Shown here: positions 13,219-17,539 of the stretch, piece by piece
How the letters are laid out: every line of letters begins with the position of its first letter
Position numbering within the stretch: the first letter of the stretch is position 1
Source of the DNA: a virus
Direction: 5' to 3' (one strand)
DNA length: 17,539 bases
Virus record (IMG/VR): IMGVR_UViG_3300045988_168756
The notes under the pieces: model-generated
Database searches by the model: none
What the model saw: only the letters and a program-made list of their open reading frames with translations
What the model was told of the DNA's origin: nothing
Program-made: the position numbers and the translations under genes

Positions 13219-15079
13219 GCACTTTACCAAAAGATTTCGGCGGCTTGTACGCTTTTTGCTTGTAAAGTGTGAAATCTGCATCCACCAAAAGTAACCCTCC
13301 CTTTACTTGCTTTTGTTTTAATTGACTATTTAACGTTAATCCATAATCAAAACATGAGATAGGCCTTGTGGCAAGCAAATACTGTTTGGTGCGGTCTTGC
13401 ATACCCGCGCATTTAATTTCCCAGTGCGGTGTTACTTTTTTATGGTTTTCCTTACGGATAAATTCACAGTAAGTTTTCTGACGAATGAACTTTGCACGAC
13501 TCCATTCCGATTCTAGTTTCCAACATAATAATTTTGTAGAATGTTCTTCGATTTTGTTAGGTGTACATTTAAACATGTGTAAGCTGTCTGTATCTGCGTA
13601 TATAAAGTTTTCATAATTTGCCTGTGCGTGCGTGATAGTAAAATATCTTGCATAAGATGTTACAAAACTGCCTTGAGCAATGGAAAGCGTTTTCTTGTTG
13701 TGCTCTTCATGCAAAATAAATCTGAGAATACCATCTTCATCTAAATAGGGTTCCTGATAACTGCTATCATCATTGGTAGCAAGTTTGCCATAACAGTTAT
13801 TCAAAAACAACTTTGCTTCTTCTCTTGCCCCACCTTCCGAATTCATTTTCATAGCCATATACTTGTCTATGTATTCGTCAAATAGTCCCGCAACTGCATT
13901 AAAATAACATCCACTTAAAATCTCAATTTCGTGTATATCATAGTGCTCTAAAAATAGTTTATAATCGAGACTTGTTAACGTAAATTCCGCGTATGCTAAT
14001 TGCAGTATTCCGTCTGCATCGTAATAATATGCATATTTTTTACCGCCAAACTGCACGTCAGATGATGTAAGCCATTCCGTGGACTTATACATAAGACTGT
14101 CTTTAATCTGCATTGTAGGTAAATGATTCGGCTTTATAGTAAACCGTGCTTTTAGTCTTACAAAAAATACTCTATTTTCTTGCAAGGCTTCTTCAGGTAT
14201 TTTATTGCCTGTCCAAAATGTAGGCTTACCTACTGGATAAATGTTTCCACTTTTGGAATGCATAACGGAGGGATAAAGGCTGTTTACATCATATGTCATG
14301 CCATCTGTGTCTATCCACTTATTCATATATTTTGGATTGCAATAACACCAACCCCCACGATAAGAGCGGCGTATATATGCATCTGCGTTTGGATACTTAT
14401 AAACACTTTCGTCCAGCACAAACGCTTTAAGGTCTGGATACATCGCATTCCATTGCTCTTTATCAAAACACTTCTTATATTCAGCTATGCAATTACTTCC
14501 TATCGTTAAACGAGTGTTGCCAGAATCTAGCATAAATTCAAGAGCTTCTTTAAGTACCATAACATCATTTATTATGTACTGCATTTCTTCGGGTTTTATT
14601 AAACCGCCAGCATGACGTTCTCCTTTATACTCCATTTCAAGTTTACGATGTTTAGTATTAAACGCTTTTCCCATTCGTGCTAGCGTCATTGGCATAAGTT
14701 TTGCACTATCTCGTATTTCTATTAATGTCCGTCCTGTGCAGACAGTAATGGAATACCAGCGATTCTGTCCTGAAATGATTGCGTCGAATTCCCCCTTATA
14801 AAGCTTTTCGTATGGCTTCTTGCGATGATGGAATTTATACCCATTTTCCATGAGAGTATTGAGCAGAAAATTACCGTCGAATTTTACATTATGAAAATAT
14901 GCAATCACTTTCTCTTCACAAAGATTCTGAAAGAACTTAATAAAATCATGAATATTATTATACACTGTAACAAAATCTGAATACAGTTCTGCAATAGCCG
15001 CACTCCATACTTCCGTACTAGTTTGTTGTTTTGTATCATCATCTACAGTTGTCTCAAAGTCGCACGAAAATATTCGCAT
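13202..15079 (-). CDS. Protein-primed family-B DNA polymerase, phi29 gp2-like
   Basis: Exo I CDFETT, Exo II YFHNVKFDGNFLL, Exo III YIINDVMVL, motif A YDVNSLYPSVM, motif B KLFLNNCYGKLA, motif C YADTDSLH and KxY RQKTY. Each is nearly identical to the corresponding phi29 polymerase motif. Confidence 0.95.
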   Translation of the reverse strand: MRIFSCDFETTVDDDTKQQTSTEVWSAAIAELYSDFVTVYNNIHDFIKFFQNLCEEKVIAYFHNVKFDGNFLLNTLMENGYKFHHRKKPYEKLYKGEFDAIISGQNRWYSITVCTGRTLIEIRDSAKLMPMTLARMGKAFNTKHRKLEMEYKGERHAGGLIKPEEMQYIINDVMVLKEALEFMLDSGNTRLTIGSNCIAEYKKCFDKEQWNAMYPDLKAFVLDESVYKYPNADAYIRRSYRGGWCYCNPKYMNKWIDTDGMTYDVNSLYPSVMHSKSGNIYPVGKPTFWTGNKIPEEALQENRVFFVRLKARFTIKPNHLPTMQIKDSLMYKSTEWLTSSDVQFGGKKYAYYYDADGILQLAYAEFTLTSLDYKLFLEHYDIHEIEILSGCYFNAVAGLFDEYIDKYMAMKMNSEGGAREEAKLFLNNCYGKLATNDDSSYQEPYLDEDGILRFILHEEHNKKTLSIAQGSFVTSYARYFTITHAQANYENFIYADTDSLHMFKCTPNKIEEHSTKLLCWKLESEWSRAKFIRQKTYCEFIRKENHKKVTPHWEIKCAGMQDRTKQYLLATRPISCFDYGLTLNSQLKQKQVKGGLLLVDADFTLYKQKAYKPPKSFGKVLDKIQ

Positions 15080-15091
15080 GATTATACCGTC

Positions 15092-15736
15092 CTATTCCTC
15101 GTCATAAAATTCGTTTTCCATGAATGACCTTTTTTCGTTTTCTGGTACTTTCAAATATGTTAGCATTTCGTTAAGTGATGCTTGTAGTCTAATTGCATCA
15201 TATGCTTCTTTGGCGGATAGCCAATTACCTTTACGCTTTCCTTCTTCTAGCATCTGTGCCGCCACATCTGCACCGTAAGTATTTACGATTCTGTCTATCC
15301 AACTTTTCGCCATATCACGTCTGTCTGTAACACGCCTGTCCCAACGTCCAAAAACATAGGACGAAATGAGGTCATAAAAATTTTCTAGTATAACACTTGA
15401 AATGTCTGGTGCTGTAGCAAACACGTCCATATTTCCTGTTTCCTGATACAGCTTACGGTCTTGTCTGTATCGTTTGCGTCCTTCTTTTGGCGTAAATATT
15501 TCACCTGTGTTAAAATCAACATATGCAGTTGCGTAAGAGCGACGTTTTTCTGGTGTCAGTTTTTTAAGACGGTTTATGGAACCACGAGTAATTTTTTTCG
15601 GAATCTTTGGAATAAGCTTTTCTGTGTCATAGATAAAACCACGACGGTTTTCTGCACGTACCCAAGACTGCAAATTTTTACGTATTCTACGGTATTCTTT
15701 TTCTACTGCTGTTAATCGTTTTCTTCTTTTTGGCAT
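15092..15736 (-). CDS. Terminal protein candidate (phi29 gp3 position)
   Basis: 214 aa, immediately upstream of the polymerase in the same operon, as in phi29. It has a very basic N-terminus (MPKRRKRLTAVEKEYRRIRKNL...) and an acidic C-terminus. The RBS AAGGAGAG lies 6 nt upstream of ATG 15736. I recognised no sequence similarity, so the call rests on position and composition. Confidence 0.55.
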   Translation of the reverse strand: MPKRRKRLTAVEKEYRRIRKNLQSWVRAENRRGFIYDTEKLIPKIPKKITRGSINRLKKLTPEKRRSYATAYVDFNTGEIFTPKEGRKRYRQDRKLYQETGNMDVFATAPDISSVILENFYDLISSYVFGRWDRRVTDRRDMAKSWIDRIVNTYGADVAAQMLEEGKRKGNWLSAKEAYDAIRLQASLNEMLTYLKVPENEKRSFMENEFYDEE

Positions 15737-15924
15737 GGCTTACTCTCCTTATAAAATTCTTCGGCATCTACAAAACAATCGATTTTAGAATACATCCGGT
15801 CTATTAAAGATAGTGCTACATCTTGCTGGTCACTGTTTACACGTGTTAACACATTTCTTAATGCCAACATAATTATTGCGTATTCCTGTCGCGTAAATCC
15901 TAGTATCACAATCTTCTTTTTCAT
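15712..15924 (-). CDS. Hypothetical protein, 70 aa, first gene of the replication operon
   Basis: AAAGGAGGTG upstream of ATG 15924, directly downstream of a consensus promoter. Its 3' end overlaps the terminal protein candidate start by 25 nt. Confidence 0.6.
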   Translation of the reverse strand: MKKKIVILGFTRQEYAIIMLALRNVLTRVNSDQQDVALSLIDRMYSKIDCFVDAEEFYKESKPCQKEEND

Positions 15925-15952
15925 TTGTTCACCTCCTTTGTCGCTATACTCT

Positions 15953-15981
15953 ATTATATCATATTTCAGGACGTTTGTAAA
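15953..15981 (-). promoter_or_regulatory. Promoter of the replication operon
   Basis: On the minus strand: TTTACA (15981-15976), 17-nt spacer, TATAAT (15958-15953) preceded by TGa (extended -10). It lies about 30 nt upstream of ATG 15924. Confidence 0.7.
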
Positions 15982-15986
15982 TAAAA

Positions 15987-16019
15987 TACACCTGTTCTAT
16001 AATGTATAGAACAGGTGTA
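15987..16019 (-). terminator. Terminator of the right early operon (perfect 15-bp stem)
   Basis: TACACCTGTTCTATA (15987-16001) and TATAGAACAGGTGTA (16005-16019) are perfect complements around a 3-nt loop. On the minus strand the hairpin is followed by TTTTATTT. It starts 10 nt after the stop of the small ORF 16029-16139. Confidence 0.7.
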
Positions 16020-16028
16020 ACAATGGGC

Positions 16029-16139
16029 TTAAAAATTGTCTTTAATGTGTTTGATAACTTGTGCAGTTATGGAACATCCGATTAGATATACTGTAAGGGA
16101 TATTATTGCGGTTAGAACGATTATGATGATTTCAATCAT
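16029..16139 (-). CDS. Small hydrophobic (predicted membrane) peptide, 36 aa
   Basis: Not in the track. ATG 16139 overlaps the upstream stop (ATGA), and AGGAGGAG lies 7 nt upstream. Translation is MIEIIIIVLTAIISLTVYLIGCSITAQVIKHIKDNF. Confidence 0.5.
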   Translation of the reverse strand: MIEIIIIVLTAIISLTVYLIGCSITAQVIKHIKDNF

Positions 16140-16441
16140 TTTGGGCTCCTCCTGTATTCTTTTGCCATGGTTAAAAAAGTATCAAGTAGATATTGTAGAT
16201 ACATTATGTCTAAGTGTCCATCAGGTTTTAAAACTCCCTGAATATCAGAATATGTTACTCTAAGTCTGTAAGCTTCTTCATATGTTAATTCACCTCCATA
16301 AAACAGTAATGAAATGCTTGTTTCTCCTGTTACTGGAATTGGCATAACGGAAACTTCATAGTTGCTAGCTGGTATTATCTCTAGGAATTTGTGGATATCT
16401 CTTTTAAAGAATTCCTCAATCTGAAAATTTATATTTGTCAT
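16136..16441 (-). CDS. Hypothetical early protein, 101 aa, spanning the inner ITR-R boundary
   Basis: This is track ORF 16136-16456. I prefer ATG 16441 (MTNINFQIEEFF...), with GGAGG 7 nt upstream. Only its first 8 codons lie inside the perfect ITR. The left-arm counterpart is truncated. Confidence 0.65.
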   Translation of the reverse strand: MTNINFQIEEFFKRDIHKFLEIIPASNYEVSVMPIPVTGETSISLLFYGGELTYEEAYRLRVTYSDIQGVLKPDGHLDIMYLQYLLDTFLTMAKEYRRSPK

Positions 16442-16443
16442 AT

Positions 16444-16764
16444 TTAATCCTCCCATAATGCGGCGTTCTTAAGACGTTCTATATAGTCTGGAAAATAATG
16501 CATCATATTATATTCTAGGGCTGTTTCAAAGGTTGACAATGAAATGTATAATTTAGATGTGGATGTTATTCCATTAATAACATTTGAACCGGTGAAATGC
16601 GAATTAAGAGTTATACATCCGAACTCATTTACATAAGCGGAAAATGATTCGCCCTCACTTGTTTCTATACAACAGACTCTATCATTGCGATAGAGTCTGA
16701 GATTATCTGAGCAAGTTTGCTCTACTAACTGTTCCATGATGGATTGAATTGCATCTAAGTTCAT
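16444..16764 (-). CDS. Hypothetical early protein, 106 aa (ITR copy R)
   Basis: Identical translation to 776-1096. Confidence 0.7.
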   Translation of the reverse strand: MNLDAIQSIMEQLVEQTCSDNLRLYRNDRVCCIETSEGESFSAYVNEFGCITLNSHFTGSNVINGITSTSKLYISLSTFETALEYNMMHYFPDYIERLKNAALWED

Positions 16765-16777
16765 TTTGTATCCTCCT

Positions 16778-17029
16778 TTACATGTTCCAAAGATAGTCGT
16801 TATAGTGTTCGTATTCGTAGTACTCTGGTTCGCAGTCGTATTCGTCTGCTGGCTCGTCGGGAATGAATTCTTGCTCTTCTGCGTGGATTAGATTGAGTTC
16901 GTCAATGTAAGCTTTCAGAAGAGAGTCAGATATGAGAGAGTACTTATAGATAAGAACTTCCTTATTCAGTTGTTTGTTGTATTTTCTTGCGGTGAGAACC
17001 GCTTTTAATACTAGTTGTTCGTGATTCAT
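16778..17029 (-). CDS. Hypothetical acidic Tyr-rich early protein, 83 aa (ITR copy R)
   Basis: Identical translation to 511-762. Confidence 0.7.
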   Translation of the reverse strand: MNHEQLVLKAVLTARKYNKQLNKEVLIYKYSLISDSLLKAYIDELNLIHAEEQEFIPDEPADEYDCEPEYYEYEHYNDYLWNM

Positions 17030-17229
17030 TATAACACCTTCCCTCTGAATATTACTTGATTTTCTTTGAAACAACTTACTTCTGCATCTGGAAAGAAATA
17101 ATAAGCGTGTCTAGCTTTACAAGTTACTGTGTTCTCTGAGTCATCTAATAATTCGATGTAGGTATCTTCATTCCATGCTGAATTGCACATATATAAATCT
17201 CCGAATTTTAAAGTAGAAACTTTTGTCAT
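17029..17229 (-). CDS. Hypothetical early protein, 66 aa (ITR copy R)
   Basis: Identical translation to 311-511. Confidence 0.65.
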   Translation of the reverse strand: MTKVSTLKFGDLYMCNSAWNEDTYIELLDDSENTVTCKARHAYYFFPDAEVSCFKENQVIFRGKVL

Positions 17230-17393
17230 TTCTGATTCCTCCATATTCTATATTCGTCATGAGTCATTGTTTTATATCCACCTTCTACCTTAACTGCTAC
17301 TCGTTCAGGATAATAGTGCTTTGCCCAATAACGAGAAATGTACAAACCAGTGTTCCAATCATAACCTTTAAATTCTCCATATTTACTTACCAT
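17226..17393 (-). CDS. Hypothetical early protein, 55 aa (ITR copy R)
   Basis: Mirror of 147-314. Confidence 0.6.
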   Translation of the reverse strand: MVSKYGEFKGYDWNTGLYISRYWAKHYYPERVAVKVEGGYKTMTHDEYRIWRNQK

Positions 17394-17437
17394 AATGTAC
17401 CTCTCTTTCTGAATCCCTATATCTTGTTTCTATAATC

Positions 17438-17466
17438 ATTATAGCATAGTGTGCTGGAAAATGCAA
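17438..17466 (-). promoter_or_regulatory. Early promoter in ITR-R
   Basis: Mirror of 74-102: TTGCAT, 17 nt, TGcTATAAT on the minus strand, facing inward. Confidence 0.7.
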
Positions 17467-17539
17467 GCTTTATTTTCGTAAGGGAGGACAGGGATTTTGG
17501 TTTTCCAAAGTGCATGTTTTGGGGCCGCAACCCCCAGGG

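Larger units (their letters stand above)
1..17539. mobile_element. Apparently complete linear genome of a phi29-like protein-primed podophage
   Basis: The window begins and ends exactly on an inverted terminal repeat. It encodes a protein-primed PolB, a candidate terminal protein, p5/p6-like proteins, a gp16-like ATPase, gp8/gp9/gp10-like structural proteins and a lysis cassette. No integrase, tRNA or host genes were seen. Confidence 0.85.
16418..17539. repeat. Right inverted terminal repeat (ITR-R)
   Basis: Mirror of 1-1122 (coordinate x maps to 17540-x). ORFs 16444-16764, 16778-17074 and 17029-17244 translate identically to the left-arm ORFs. Confidence 0.9.

Noticed and set aside
5004-15715. 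Plus-strand ORFs antisense to the core genes (5004-5225, 5381-5644, 5439-5693, 6564-6848, 7312-7656, 8108-8326, 9505-10086, 10543-10788, 11481-11675, 12501-12767, 12795-13055, 14180-14509, 15461-15715). The same applies to 2646-2828 (+), and to the minus-strand out-of-frame ORFs 2913-3107, 3186-3383 and 10176-10364.
   Set aside because: Each lies entirely within a longer ORF that has recognisable homology or strong synteny. None has a convincing RBS. Their translations are Cys/Arg/Phe-rich, as expected for non-coding frames.
16036-16263. 75-aa plus-strand ORF in the right unique region
   Set aside because: It is antisense to the coupled minus-strand genes 16136-16441 and 16029-16139. It would also be transcribed against the terminator and promoter arrangement. 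No RBS is present.
1-17539. Alternative reading of ITRs plus protein-primed PolB as a linear plasmid, casposon or polinton-like transposon
   Set aside because: The element encodes a full phi29-type virion module (capsid, scaffold, connector, collar, tail knob, fibres, packaging ATPase) and a holin/endolysin cassette. It has no integrase, Cas1 or transposase, and the window has no flanking host DNA or target-site duplication.
1-17539. Search for tRNA or rRNA genes, CRISPR arrays, an integrase or repressor lysogeny module, and toxin or defence genes
   Set aside because: No cloverleaf-like or rRNA-like segments, repeat-spacer arrays or recombinase or repressor-like ORFs were seen. All sizeable ORFs are accounted for by the phage modules, so the phage looks strictly lytic.

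Overview
The window appears to be a complete 17,539-bp linear genome of a phi29-like (Salasmaviridae / former Picovirinae type) protein-primed podophage, probably from a low-GC Gram-positive host. It starts and ends exactly on a 1,122-bp inverted terminal repeat (ITR; 1-1122 is the reverse complement of 16418-17539). Each ITR carries a near-consensus sigma-A promoter facing inward and four small genes of unknown function, so this early cassette is present twice. Between the arms, every gene lies on the minus strand. In transcription order these are: a 70-aa ORF, a candidate terminal protein, a protein-primed family-B DNA polymerase, a p6-like and a p5-like DNA-binding protein, and a terminator. 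Next come a gp16-like packaging ATPase, a 163-nt structured non-coding gap, a scaffold candidate, a major capsid protein with an Ig-like domain, a gp9-like tail knob, a gp10-like connector and a lower collar candidate. The strand ends with an appendage or fibre module (three genes), a tail-associated lysin, a holin and a GH25 endolysin. I saw no integrase, repressor, tRNA, CRISPR array or host genes. The points most worth follow-up are the unusually long gene-bearing ITRs, an ITR inner boundary that cuts through a gene (intact on the right arm, decayed on the left), the duplicated early cassette including a very acidic Tyr-rich protein, and the structured RNA candidate between the ATPase and scaffold genes. 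All similarity statements come from reading the translations against remembered phi29-family sequences and motifs. No database search was run.
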